Virus genome (UHGV): UHGV-0065625
Length of the DNA stretch: 17,531 nucleotides
Origin: a virus
Direction: 5' to 3' (one strand)
This document shows, piece by piece, positions 1 through 8,173 of this stretch (its first letter is position 1; each line of letters opens with the position of its first letter). The notes below the pieces were generated by a model. That model did no database searches, was not told the DNA's origin, and worked only from the letters and a program-made list of their open reading frames with translations. Made by a program: the position numbers and the translations under genes.

Positions 1-1
1 C

Positions 2-21
2 TATCACTTATTTAAGTGATA
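2..21. promoter_or_regulatory. 20-bp inverted repeat TATCACTTA-tt-TAAGTGATA about 40 bp upstream of the endolysin start; candidate operator/activator site
   Basis: Read directly: 9-bp arms at 2-10 and 13-21 are exact reverse complements with a 2-bp spacer. It lies in an AT-rich stretch before the first gene. Function is inferred only. Confidence 0.3.
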
Positions 22-62
22 TTGGTTGTCTGGAGATTCATGGGGCCAGTCTAGGCAACCTG

Positions 63-668
63 GTGATTGTCTGGCTGCTCTGGTGTGGTGGCTTCTTCAG
101 TCAGGCCCGCGCAGCGCAGCCTCCGCAGGCTGCGCTGCAGTATCGCGATGATGTGATCCGTAATGCCCGGCTTGAATGGGGACTGTCTGCGCCGGTGGCA
201 GATTTCGCCGCGCAACTGCATCAGGAAAGCGGCTGGCGACCTGATGCGGTCTCGCCGGCTGGTGCTCAGGGACTGGCGCAGTTCATGCCTGCCACTGCCG
301 ACTGGATAAGTCAGCTGATGCCGGGACTTAACAGCCGTGAGCCGTTTAATCCGGCATGGGCCATCCGGGCGCTGGTCAGCTATGACCGCTGGCTGTGGCA
401 GCGCGTCAGCGCCGCCAACGACTGCGAGCGTATGGCCATGACACTGTCAGGCTATAACGGTGGTCTGGGCTGGGTACAACGGGACAGGCGGCTTGCATCA
501 CAGAAAGGTCTGGACAGCACCCGCTGGTTCGGACATGTCGCCACGGTGAATGCCGGACGCAATGCGGCCAGCTGGCGGGAGAACCGCCATTATCCGCAGC
601 GCATCCTGCGCGAACTGGCACCGCGATATCTCACATGGGGAGGCAGCAGTTGTGTGGCATCTGGTTAA
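63..668 (+). CDS. Endolysin, lytic transglycosylase (SLT domain) with hydrophobic N-terminal segment (possible signal-anchor-release type)
   Basis: Translation contains the SLT-type signature ...HQESGW... followed by GAQGLAQFMPATA (catalytic Glu-Ser then G-L-x-Q-F-M-P-x-T). N-terminus MIVWLLWCGGFFSQARAAQ is hydrophobic and Gly-rich. GTG start at 63 preceded by AGG; the frame is open to the window start, so the true start could lie upstream. Confidence 0.8.
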   Translation: MIVWLLWCGGFFSQARAAQPPQAALQYRDDVIRNARLEWGLSAPVADFAAQLHQESGWRPDAVSPAGAQGLAQFMPATADWISQLMPGLNSREPFNPAWAIRALVSYDRWLWQRVSAANDCERMAMTLSGYNGGLGWVQRDRRLASQKGLDSTRWFGHVATVNAGRNAASWRENRHYPQRILRELAPRYLTWGGSSCVASG

Positions 669-1302
669 AAAGCTGCCGTGGCGCGGCATTCTGCTGGCCA
701 TTCTTATCAATGCCTTTCTGATCGGCCTGTATGCCATGGGATACAGAAGTGGTCATGACTCTGCAAAGCGTGACGGTAATACCGCGCTCAGTCAGTTGCA
801 GTCAGCATTTGACGCGTACAAAACGGCGCAGGCAACGCTTGAGAATGCTGCGCTGCGGGCTTGGGCCAGACGGTATCAGGAGCAGGTGGCCGCCGGGCAG
901 CGGGCTGAAGCCGGTTATCTTGAGCAGATTGCTCAACTGGAGAGCCGGAACAAACAACTACAGGGGCAAATTAACGATGTCACACAGCGCTGGATTGATG
1001 AAAAAGGTAAGAGTCATCCCATTGAGTGCGTGTTTACTCGCGGTTTCGTGCGCCAGTACAACGCCGCACTCGGATATGACAACGCATCCGTCGACACCGG
1101 TCATTCAGACTCAGTTGCCGCCACTGGCACCCGCTCTGGCACAGCGACCGGGCAACCTGAAACCACTGACACCCGGTTACGCGATTCGGGTGTCTCCCAG
1201 CGTGACGTTCTCGCCAACATCATCGACAACGCATGGCAATGTCGTCGCTGGCGGAACCAGATAAACGCGCTGCTGGATGAACGGGAAGGATTACAGAAAT
1301 GA
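652..1302 (+). CDS. i-spanin (Rz-like): N-terminal transmembrane helix plus coiled-coil periplasmic domain
   Basis: Protein from GTG 652 begins VWHLVKKLPWRGILLAILINAFLIGLYAMG (TM helix), followed by a Q/A/E/R-rich helical region. GGGGAGG at 637-643 sits 8 nt upstream of the GTG. Overlaps the endolysin 3' end and fully contains a +1-frame lipoprotein ORF. The ATG at 550 given by the ORF track was not used. Confidence 0.65.
   Translation: MWHLVKKLPWRGILLAILINAFLIGLYAMGYRSGHDSAKRDGNTALSQLQSAFDAYKTAQATLENAALRAWARRYQEQVAAGQRAEAGYLEQIAQLESRNKQLQGQINDVTQRWIDEKGKSHPIECVFTRGFVRQYNAALGYDNASVDTGHSDSVAATGTRSGTATGQPETTDTRLRDSGVSQRDVLANIIDNAWQCRRWRNQINALLDEREGLQK
998..1264 (+). CDS. o-spanin (Rz1-like) outer-membrane lipoprotein, embedded in the i-spanin gene in another frame
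   Basis: ATG at 998 gives MKKVRVIPLSACLLAVSC...: basic N-region, hydrophobic core, Cys in a lipobox-like context, then a Pro/Thr/Ser-rich mature part (TPHSDMTTHPSTPVIQTQLPPLAPALAQRPGNLKPLTPG). It is the internal part of track ORF 731..1264. Confidence 0.65.
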   Translation: MKKVRVIPLSACLLAVSCASTTPHSDMTTHPSTPVIQTQLPPLAPALAQRPGNLKPLTPGYAIRVSPSVTFSPTSSTTHGNVVAGGTR

Positions 1303-1625
1303 CACTGCAGGTTGAATTCTGGACGGTGGTGAGTTTTCTGCTCACCTTCATGGGGTTTGTGGGAGGGCTCGCCAAATGGTTGTTCAGTAAAACAGAAGAA
1401 CGCCAGGCGGCACGATTCGCCTCCCTTGAACAGGCCCTGCAACAATCCGCCTCCAACTGGGGCGAGCTGGAAAAAGAATTTATGCGATTTAAAGCGGATT
1501 TACCGCTGAATTATGTCCGTCGAGAGGATTATATCCGTGGCCAGACAGTCATTGAGGCCAAACTGGACGCGCTTTATAACAAACTGGAAGTGGTACAGCA
1601 GTACCGCAATACCGGAGGTCAATAA
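1299..1625 (+). CDS. Small membrane protein (one N-terminal TM helix plus charged helical C-terminus); lysis-associated, possibly a releasin-like factor as described for Mu gp25
   Basis: ATG 1299 overlaps the spanin stop (ATGA). N-terminus FWTVVSFLLTFMGFVGGLAKWLF is a clear TM segment. Functional label is inference from position and topology. Confidence 0.55.
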   Translation: MTLQVEFWTVVSFLLTFMGFVGGLAKWLFSKTEERQAARFASLEQALQQSASNWGELEKEFMRFKADLPLNYVRREDYIRGQTVIEAKLDALYNKLEVVQQYRNTGGQ

Positions 1626-1936
1626 TGGTCGATATTACCCGAGTACGCCGCGAATCCCTGCGCTGGAGTCTGCTGGTTGCCCTGAACAAGACCCGCCCTT
1701 ACACCGCCAGCGAGACGCTGCTGCTGGATGTGTCCCGTGCCATCTACCCGGACACCACACCGCTGGAGCTGCGCCGCGAACTGGATTATCTGGCTGACCG
1801 TAAAATGGTTGAGCTGGAGAAAAAACCTTCTGGTGACTGGTTTGCTGACCTGACCCGCCTCGGCGTAGACCTGGTGGAATACACCGTGGAATGTGGTCCG
1901 GGTATTGCCCGCCCGGAAAAGTACTGGAGTGAATAA
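1625..1936 (+). CDS. Hypothetical protein (conserved position between lysis genes and terminase in Mu-like phages)
   Basis: 103-codon ORF; ATG overlaps the upstream stop (TAATG); codon usage matches neighbours. No motif recognised. Confidence 0.6.
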   Translation: MVDITRVRRESLRWSLLVALNKTRPYTASETLLLDVSRAIYPDTTPLELRRELDYLADRKMVELEKKPSGDWFADLTRLGVDLVEYTVECGPGIARPEKYWSE

Positions 1937-2481
1937 TGGCCAGACGCAGCACAATAGAAAAGCTGCCGGAAGACGTGCGCCGCTGGCTTGAACGGGCGCT
2001 GACTGAATCCGGCTTCAGCGGGTATAACGAGCTGGAGTCCCTGCTGCGTGAGCGGGGATACGTCATCAGCAAATCCGCTATCCATCGCTATGGACAGAAG
2101 ATTGAGCGCCGCTATGGTGCTATCCGTGCGGCGACAGAAGCGGCCCGCATGCTGACCGAAGGCGCAGCAGACGATCAGGATGCGCGTTCGGAGGCTGTGA
2201 TAGCCCTTATTCAGACCGAGCTGTTCGAGAGTATTGTCCAGTTGCAGGAGGCGGAAGAAGGCGAAGTCGATCCTAAAGAACGCGTGGCCCTGCTGTCGAA
2301 GGTGGCGAAGAATGTGGCTACGCTGTCACGCGCGTCCGTCAACCTCAAAAAGTTCCAGTCTGAAGTGCGGGCCAGAGCGCAGCAGGCAGCCAGCAACGCA
2401 GAGAAAATTGCCCGTAAGGGCGGACTGTCAAGCGACGCAGTACAGGCGCTTCGTCGCGAGATTCTGGGGATTGCCACATGA
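1936..2481 (+). CDS. Terminase small subunit-like DNA-binding protein (Mu gp27-like position)
   Basis: 181-codon ORF immediately upstream of, and overlapping, the large terminase gene (ATGA). Basic N-terminal region (RRSTIEKLPEDVRRWLERAL) is consistent with a DNA-recognition subunit. Assignment by position and composition. Confidence 0.55.
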   Translation: MARRSTIEKLPEDVRRWLERALTESGFSGYNELESLLRERGYVISKSAIHRYGQKIERRYGAIRAATEAARMLTEGAADDQDARSEAVIALIQTELFESIVQLQEAEEGEVDPKERVALLSKVAKNVATLSRASVNLKKFQSEVRARAQQAASNAEKIARKGGLSSDAVQALRREILGIAT

Positions 2482-4073
2482 CAAAATCATCCGGAGTGAT
2501 TTTAAACGCCGCTGGCGGCGGCCCCGAAGGGATGAGTCCCATGGACGGGAGGAATAACCTTGCTCCCGTTTTGCCTGATACCTCGGCGCTGGATGCCCCT
2601 CCCGTTCTGTTGCCTTACCAGCAGCGCTGGGTGGCAGACACCTCTCCGCTTAAGGTGATAGAAAAGAGCCGTCGTACCGGTATTACATGGGCTGAGGCAT
2701 CCGATAACGTACTGACCGCCGCCTCTTCTGCGCCAGCAGGCGGGATGAATGTGTATTACATCGCTTATAACCAGGACATGACCGTCGAATACATTCAGGC
2801 GTGTGCGATGTGGGCACGGGCATTCAACTATGCGGCCAGTGAAATTGAAGAAGGATTCTGGGAAGAGGACGACGACGACAAACACATCAGGACTTACACC
2901 ATCAAATTTCCTGACTCCGGCTTTCGTATTGTTGCGCTCTCCAGCCGCCCGTCTAACCTGCGTGGCCGTCAGGGTATTATTGTTATCGACGAAGCGGCGT
3001 TCCATGAGCAACTGGACGAACTGCTGAAAGCGGCGCTGGCGATGCTTATCTGGGGGGGGAAGGTACACGTTATCTCCACCCATAACGGTGACGACAATCC
3101 GTTCAATACGCTTATCGGGGATATCCGTGCCGGACGTCAGGGAGGCAGCATACATCGCATCACTTTCCGGGAAGCCGTATCTGAGGGGCTGTTCCGGCGC
3201 GTCTGTCTGCGCACCGGGAAGGAATGGTCGGAGGCCTCCGAGCAGGCCTGGATGGCATCGGTGTACAAATTCTACGGTGCCGGCGCATCCGAAGAGCTTG
3301 ACTGTATTCCGGCCAACGGTGGCGGTGCCTGGCTGTCCCGTGCCCTGATAGAGTCCCGCATGTCCGCTGATACGCCGGTATTGCGTCTGACCTGCAAGGA
3401 AGGTTATGAACTGCTGTCTGATGAGGTTCGCTTCCGCGAGACGCAGGACTGGCTTGATGAGTATCTGAAACCATTGCTGGAGGCACTCCCCACTGATGCC
3501 CGCTCTTTCCTGGGGCGCGACTTTGGCCGTAGCGGTGATTTGTCGGTGGACTATCCCCTGCTGCAGGAGAAGAACCTGGTACGACGCGTGCCATTCGTAC
3601 TGGAGCTGCGTAACGTGCCGTTCAGACAGCAGGAGCAAATCACCTGGTATCTGATGGATGGCCTGCCCGGTCTGCTGGGTGCAGCGTTTGATGCCCGTGG
3701 TAATGGTGCCTATCTGGCTGAATACGCCATGCAGCGCTACGGCTCCAGCCGGATTCAGCAGGTGATGCCAACCGAAGGCTGGTACAGGGAGCATATGCCT
3801 CCGGTCAAAGCTGCACTGGAAGACGGTAACCTGGTGGACTTACCAAAGGATGAAGACACACTGGATGACCTGCGGGCCGTTCAGGTGGTGAACGGTGTCC
3901 CCCGCGTACCGGAGCAACGCTCAAAAGCAAAGGCTGACGGTGGTAAACGCCACGGGGATTCAGCCATCGCACTGGCGCTGGCGTATTTCGCCAGCCGTGA
4001 AATTAACAAAGGGCCGGTGAAGGCAAGCTCACGCCGTCGTCGTCAGGCGGCCCGTATGCTGGAGGGATTCTGA
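2478..4073 (+). CDS. Terminase large subunit
   Basis: 531 codons. Walker-B-like hydrophobic run ending in DE (GIIVIDEAAF) and an upstream P-loop-like segment (KSRRTGIT); C-terminal nuclease-sized domain. Sits between the small-terminase-like gene and the portal gene. Confidence 0.8.
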   Translation: MTKSSGVILNAAGGGPEGMSPMDGRNNLAPVLPDTSALDAPPVLLPYQQRWVADTSPLKVIEKSRRTGITWAEASDNVLTAASSAPAGGMNVYYIAYNQDMTVEYIQACAMWARAFNYAASEIEEGFWEEDDDDKHIRTYTIKFPDSGFRIVALSSRPSNLRGRQGIIVIDEAAFHEQLDELLKAALAMLIWGGKVHVISTHNGDDNPFNTLIGDIRAGRQGGSIHRITFREAVSEGLFRRVCLRTGKEWSEASEQAWMASVYKFYGAGASEELDCIPANGGGAWLSRALIESRMSADTPVLRLTCKEGYELLSDEVRFRETQDWLDEYLKPLLEALPTDARSFLGRDFGRSGDLSVDYPLLQEKNLVRRVPFVLELRNVPFRQQEQITWYLMDGLPGLLGAAFDARGNGAYLAEYAMQRYGSSRIQQVMPTEGWYREHMPPVKAALEDGNLVDLPKDEDTLDDLRAVQVVNGVPRVPEQRSKAKADGGKRHGDSAIALALAYFASREINKGPVKASSRRRRQAARMLEGF

Positions 4074-5566
4074 TGGCGAGGGGTATCTGGGTTTCACCCG
4101 ATGAATTTGTTGCTTTTTCTGAGCCTCAGAAATCACTGACCGCGCAGATTGCCTCCCGCAGCCGCGCGATCGACTTTTACGGACTGGGCATGTATCTGCC
4201 CAATCCTGATCCCATTCTCAAGGCTCAGGGACGGGATATCCGTATCTACCGCGAACTGCGCACCGACCCGCTGGTCGGAGGCTGTATCCGCAGACGTAAA
4301 GCAGCGCTCAAATCGCTGGAGCGTGGACTGGAGCGCGGTCACGCTTCTGCCCGGGTCTTCCGTTTCATCCGCGACATGCTCGACGATCTGGATCTGTCCC
4401 GCATCATCGGTGAGATGAGCGATGCCGTGCTCTACGGGTATCAGCCCTGTGAAATCATGTGGGGCCGTTCGGTCAGGGCGTGGGCGGTGACGGATATTGT
4501 CGGCAAACCGCCTGAGTGGTTTCAGTTTGATACGGACAACTGCCTGCGCTTCCGGGCGCGTGATGCGGGTGTGGAGGGTGAGCTGCTGTCACCGTCAAAA
4601 TTCGTGGTGCCGGCACAGGATGCCTCGTATGACAATCCTTACGGTTTCCCGGACCTGTCCATGTGCTTCTGGCCGGTCGCCTTCAAGAAAGGCGGGATGA
4701 AATTCTGGCTCCGCTTTGCCGAAAAGTTTGGCTCCCCGTGGGTGATCGGTAAGCACCCGAGGGGTGCAAATGATGCAGAGATTGAAAAACTGCTGGACTC
4801 CATGGAGCAGATGGTGGAGGACGCTGTGGCCGCCATCCCCGATGACAGCAGCATTGAACTCAAAGCCGCGGATGGCAAGGCGGACAGCAGCGAGGTATTC
4901 CGCGAGCTGATCACGCTGTCACGCAGTGAGATCTCCATTGCATTACTCGGTCAGAATCAGACCACGGAAGCGAACAGTAACAAGGCCTCTGCACAGGCCG
5001 GGCTGGAGGTGACGGCTGATATCCGCGATGCGGATGCGGACATCATTCAGGCGGCAGTGAATCAGGTCATCAGAACGGTGGTCACCCTGAACTTCGGCGA
5101 TGTGCCGTGTCCGGTCTGGGCCATGTGGGAACAGGAGGCCATTGATGACACCCGTGCCACCCGCGACGAAAAACTCACCCGCGCGGGACTACGCCTGACC
5201 CCGCAGTACTTCATGCGGGAGTACCAGCTGCAGGAGGGGGATATTGACCTCTCTGATGCACCGGTTGCGGACGGGGCAGTGCCTGCGGAGTTTGCCGAGG
5301 CGATAAGCGCCGATCATGATGCACAACAGCAGCTTGACGACGCGCTGGACATTCTGATGAACGGAGGTGTGTTAAATGGCACGCTGGAACCCGTCCTGGC
5401 ACCTCTGTTCAGGCGGGTCGAAAACGGGGTTAACCCGTCTGAGCTGCTGGGCGAACTGGCGGAGCTCTACCCTCAGATGAACACGGACGATCTGCAGGAG
5501 CGGCTGGCCCGCATTCTCTTTGTGGCAAATATCTGGGGGCGTCTGCATGAGCGTGACAACGGCTGA
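4073..5566 (+). CDS. Portal protein (Mu gp29-like)
   Basis: 497-codon ORF directly after the large terminase gene (TGATG overlap), followed by the F-like gene. Size and position are typical of Mu-type portals. No sequence motif confirmed. Confidence 0.7.
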   Translation: MARGIWVSPDEFVAFSEPQKSLTAQIASRSRAIDFYGLGMYLPNPDPILKAQGRDIRIYRELRTDPLVGGCIRRRKAALKSLERGLERGHASARVFRFIRDMLDDLDLSRIIGEMSDAVLYGYQPCEIMWGRSVRAWAVTDIVGKPPEWFQFDTDNCLRFRARDAGVEGELLSPSKFVVPAQDASYDNPYGFPDLSMCFWPVAFKKGGMKFWLRFAEKFGSPWVIGKHPRGANDAEIEKLLDSMEQMVEDAVAAIPDDSSIELKAADGKADSSEVFRELITLSRSEISIALLGQNQTTEANSNKASAQAGLEVTADIRDADADIIQAAVNQVIRTVVTLNFGDVPCPVWAMWEQEAIDDTRATRDEKLTRAGLRLTPQYFMREYQLQEGDIDLSDAPVADGAVPAEFAEAISADHDAQQQLDDALDILMNGGVLNGTLEPVLAPLFRRVENGVNPSELLGELAELYPQMNTDDLQERLARILFVANIWGRLHERDNG

Positions 5567-6368
5567 ACTGGCGTACTGCATGACGCTTCCCCCGAAGCGG
5601 GCAGTCAGCTACCTGAAGTCCAAAGGGTATCAGATTACCTGGGACTGGGAGGAGATGTGGCAGGAAGCCCATGCCCGCGCCTTTACCGTCGCTAAAGTGA
5701 CCCGCCTGGATATCCTGGAAGATATTCGCGGGGCACTGCAGCAGGCTGTCGATGAAGGAAAAACCGATCGCTGGTTCCGGCAGGCGCTGGAGCCGGTGCT
5801 GAAGCGTAAGGGATGGTGGGGACCACGTGACACGACTGACCCGGTAACGGGTGAGCCGGTCACCATTCAGCAGGGCAGTCCGTGGCGGCTCGATACCATC
5901 TTTCGCACCAATATGTCCGTACTCTACAGCGCCGGTCGTTGGGCGGAGCAGATGGAAAACGTCGACGACAGGCCGTACTGGATGTATACCGGCATCAACG
6001 ACAGCCATACCCGCAGGAGCCATCTGGCGCTGCATGGTCTGGTGCTGCGCTGGGATGACCCGTTCTGGCAGGCATTTTACCCGCCGAACGGCTGGCGCTG
6101 CCGCTGTAGTGTGATTGCCCTGAGTGCGGCGGATGTACGTGCCCGTGGCCTGAAGGTTATCAGCTCCGGCTCTGTCATGGGCCAGGAACTGAAACTGGTC
6201 TCAGAGAAAACCGGCGAAATGCGGAACGTGGCCACCTTTAATACCGGCACCACGAAGGTGACCACCGACGTCGGCTGGTCTTATGCACCGGGGGCAGCAT
6301 ACCGTCCCGACCTGGCCCGCTATCAGGGTACGTTTCAGCCACTGGCACAACAGGAACTGAGAGGATAA
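5547..6368 (+). CDS. Head morphogenesis protein, Mu F / SPP1 gp7 family
   Basis: Contains the family-typical Cys motif PPNGWRCRCSV. Start set at ATG 5547 (GGGGG 7 nt upstream) rather than the TTG at 5520 reported by the ORF track. Overlaps the portal 3' end by 20 nt. Confidence 0.8.
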   Translation: MSVTTAELAYCMTLPPKRAVSYLKSKGYQITWDWEEMWQEAHARAFTVAKVTRLDILEDIRGALQQAVDEGKTDRWFRQALEPVLKRKGWWGPRDTTDPVTGEPVTIQQGSPWRLDTIFRTNMSVLYSAGRWAEQMENVDDRPYWMYTGINDSHTRRSHLALHGLVLRWDDPFWQAFYPPNGWRCRCSVIALSAADVRARGLKVISSGSVMGQELKLVSEKTGEMRNVATFNTGTTKVTTDVGWSYAPGAAYRPDLARYQGTFQPLAQQELRG

Positions 6369-6370
6369 CA

Positions 6371-6829
6371 ATGGCTTCCGATAACCTGGTCAGTATCACC
6401 ATTAACGATAAATCCCTGCGCCGGAGCCTCCGTGCGCTGGATCTTGCTGCCACAGACCTGGAGCCCGCGATGCGCAAAATCGCCGGAACCCTGCTGGCGG
6501 AAACACAGTTTAACTTTCTTGATGAGGGGCGTCCGGGGTGGATGCCCTCGCTGGCAGCGGAAGAACGTGACGGGCAGACACTGCAGGATACCGGGCGTCT
6601 GATGGGGTCAGTATCAACCGACCATGACGACCGGCAGGCTGTTGTGGGGACCAACGTTGTTTACGGTGCCATTCACCAGTTCGGGGGTAAAACGGGGCGT
6701 AATGAGTCTGTTGAACTTCCGGCCCGCCCGTTCCTGCCGGTGACGGGGGATGGAGAACTACAGCCTGAAGTGGTAATCCCCATCCTCGATACCATTGTCC
6801 GCCATCTTGAATCAGCGGCCCGTCGCTGA
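6371..6829 (+). CDS. Virion morphogenesis protein (Mu G-like)
   Basis: 152-codon ORF two bases after the F stop, with GAGG 8 nt upstream. Assignment by size and position. Confidence 0.55.
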   Translation: MASDNLVSITINDKSLRRSLRALDLAATDLEPAMRKIAGTLLAETQFNFLDEGRPGWMPSLAAEERDGQTLQDTGRLMGSVSTDHDDRQAVVGTNVVYGAIHQFGGKTGRNESVELPARPFLPVTGDGELQPEVVIPILDTIVRHLESAARR

Positions 6830-6871
6830 GTTTTCTCTCTTCAGGCGGGTGATTTATCATTGCCAGCGAAT

Positions 6872-6917
6872 GAGGGGCTGTATTACCTTTATAAAGGCTT
6901 TACAGCCTCTGTTTTAT
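6872..6917 (+). terminator. Candidate intrinsic terminator / composite palindrome downstream of the G-like gene
   Basis: Inverted repeats GAGG(gg)CTGTA (6872-6882) and TACAGCCTC (6901-6909) flank a perfect 12-bp palindrome CCTTTATAAAGG (6886-6897), followed by TCTGTTTTAT. Read directly from sequence. Confidence 0.35.
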
Positions 6918-6929
6918 AACCGCTTCCGG

Positions 6930-7043
6930 TTCACCGCATTGCTTTCCCTGTCCTTCTCCCCTGATGTTTTCTAAAGCAGATTAAAATCGCCGGGCCTGCA
7001 TTTCTCACAAACTGTCTCCGACAACATAACGCGGGACAGCAAA
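6930..7043 (+). promoter_or_regulatory. Candidate late promoter region upstream of the protease/scaffold gene
   Basis: 214-bp non-coding gap in an otherwise gapless operon. TAAAAT at 6982-6987 is a -10-like hexamer with no obvious -35, as expected for activator-dependent late promoters. In Mu the I gene has its own late promoter. Weak, positional inference. Confidence 0.25.
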
Positions 7044-8159
7044 ATGTCAGCCATTCACATTTTTAAAGCCGGTACTCATACCGATATGCACGGCAAAAAA
7101 CTGCCGTTCACGCCAGACGATCTTGCCGCCTGCGTGAAAGCCTATGACCCGTCCGTCCATGAAGCACCACTCGTGATTGGTCATCCCAGAACGGAAGACC
7201 CGGCGTGGGGCTGGGTGAAAGCCCTGTCGCTCAGCGGCGTCGATCTGATGGCAGAGCCTGCCCAGTTGGACCCGCAGTTTGCTGAGATGGTCACCGACGG
7301 ACGATTCAAAAAAGTGTCCGCCTCTTTCTACCTCCCGGATTCACCGTCCAATCCGAAGCCCGGCGTGCTCTACCTGCGCCATGTGGGCTTTCTCGGGGCA
7401 CAGCCACCTTCCGTCAAGGGGCTGAAACAGGTGTCCTTCAGTGAGCAGGAAGAAGGTGTGGTGGAGTTCGCCGACTGGCAGGCCATCACGAATGCCTCCC
7501 TGTGGGGAAAGCTGCGCGATTTTCTGATCGCCCGCTTCAGTCTGGACGAAGCAGAAAAAGTCCTGCCGGAATGGCAGCTCAACAATCTGCGCGAAGAGGC
7601 GTACCGCGACACACCGTCGCAGGATGCAGCAGGTGCACAATTCAGTGAGACAGGCCAGGTGCCGTCTTCCGCAAGTAACGAGGAATCATCAATGACAAAA
7701 GAAGAGATTGAAGCCCTTCAGGAGGAGAACCGCCGCCTGAAGCAGCAGGCTGCTGATCGCGATGCGCGTGATGCACAGGCCAGACAGGAGCAACTGCATA
7801 AGGACAATGTGGCCTTTGCAGAAAAACTGGTCGCAGAGGGGCGTCTGGCTCCCCGCGCCTCCTCCGTGGTGGTTGCCCTGCTGGATGCCGTCGCCGGTGG
7901 CGACAAGCCGGTGGAGTTTGCTGAGGGGGAAAGCCGCACGCCGCTGGCCACCGCCTTCCGTTCATTGCTCTCCGACGGGGAGCCGGTGATGAATTTCGCC
8001 GAACAGGCCACAAAGGAGCGTGTCGGCGACACGGTGAAGGTGGATGTGGCGGAGTTTGCGGAAGCCGATCCTGAGCGTCTGGCCCTGCATCAGAAAGCAG
8101 TGGCCCTGTCCAAAAAAGAAGGCATCAGCTATGAGGCTGCTGTCGCACGCTGCCTGTAA
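7044..8159 (+). CDS. Prohead protease / scaffold protein (Mu I-like)
   Basis: 371-codon ORF preceding the putative major head gene. Acidic, coiled-coil-like C-terminal third (EEIEALQEENRRLKQQAADRDARDAQARQEQL) typical of scaffold domains. Confidence 0.65.
   Translation: MSAIHIFKAGTHTDMHGKKLPFTPDDLAACVKAYDPSVHEAPLVIGHPRTEDPAWGWVKALSLSGVDLMAEPAQLDPQFAEMVTDGRFKKVSASFYLPDSPSNPKPGVLYLRHVGFLGAQPPSVKGLKQVSFSEQEEGVVEFADWQAITNASLWGKLRDFLIARFSLDEAEKVLPEWQLNNLREEAYRDTPSQDAAGAQFSETGQVPSSASNEESSMTKEEIEALQEENRRLKQQAADRDARDAQARQEQLHKDNVAFAEKLVAEGRLAPRASSVVVALLDAVAGGDKPVEFAEGESRTPLATAFRSLLSDGEPVMNFAEQATKERVGDTVKVDVAEFAEADPERLALHQKAVALSKKEGISYEAAVARCL
7692..8159 (+). CDS. Nested in-frame scaffold protein (Mu Z-like) from an internal start within the protease gene
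   Basis: Internal ATG at 7692 (MTKEEIEALQEE...) preceded by GAGGA at 7680-7684 with 7-nt spacing. Mu makes scaffold Z from an internal start in I. Confidence 0.45.
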   Translation: MTKEEIEALQEENRRLKQQAADRDARDAQARQEQLHKDNVAFAEKLVAEGRLAPRASSVVVALLDAVAGGDKPVEFAEGESRTPLATAFRSLLSDGEPVMNFAEQATKERVGDTVKVDVAEFAEADPERLALHQKAVALSKKEGISYEAAVARCL

Positions 8160-8173
8160 TTTAAGGAGAAATC

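Noticed and set aside
2502-3794. 430-codon ORF on the minus strand, antisense to the large terminase gene
   Set aside because: Lies entirely inside a well-supported + strand gene with terminase motifs and has no convincing ribosome-binding site. Long antisense ORFs are common in GC-rich coding DNA. The same applies to the other minus-strand ORFs in the track (e.g. 5430..6035, 9240..10040, 10667..11242, 15301..15774, 16240..16635, 17088..17471).
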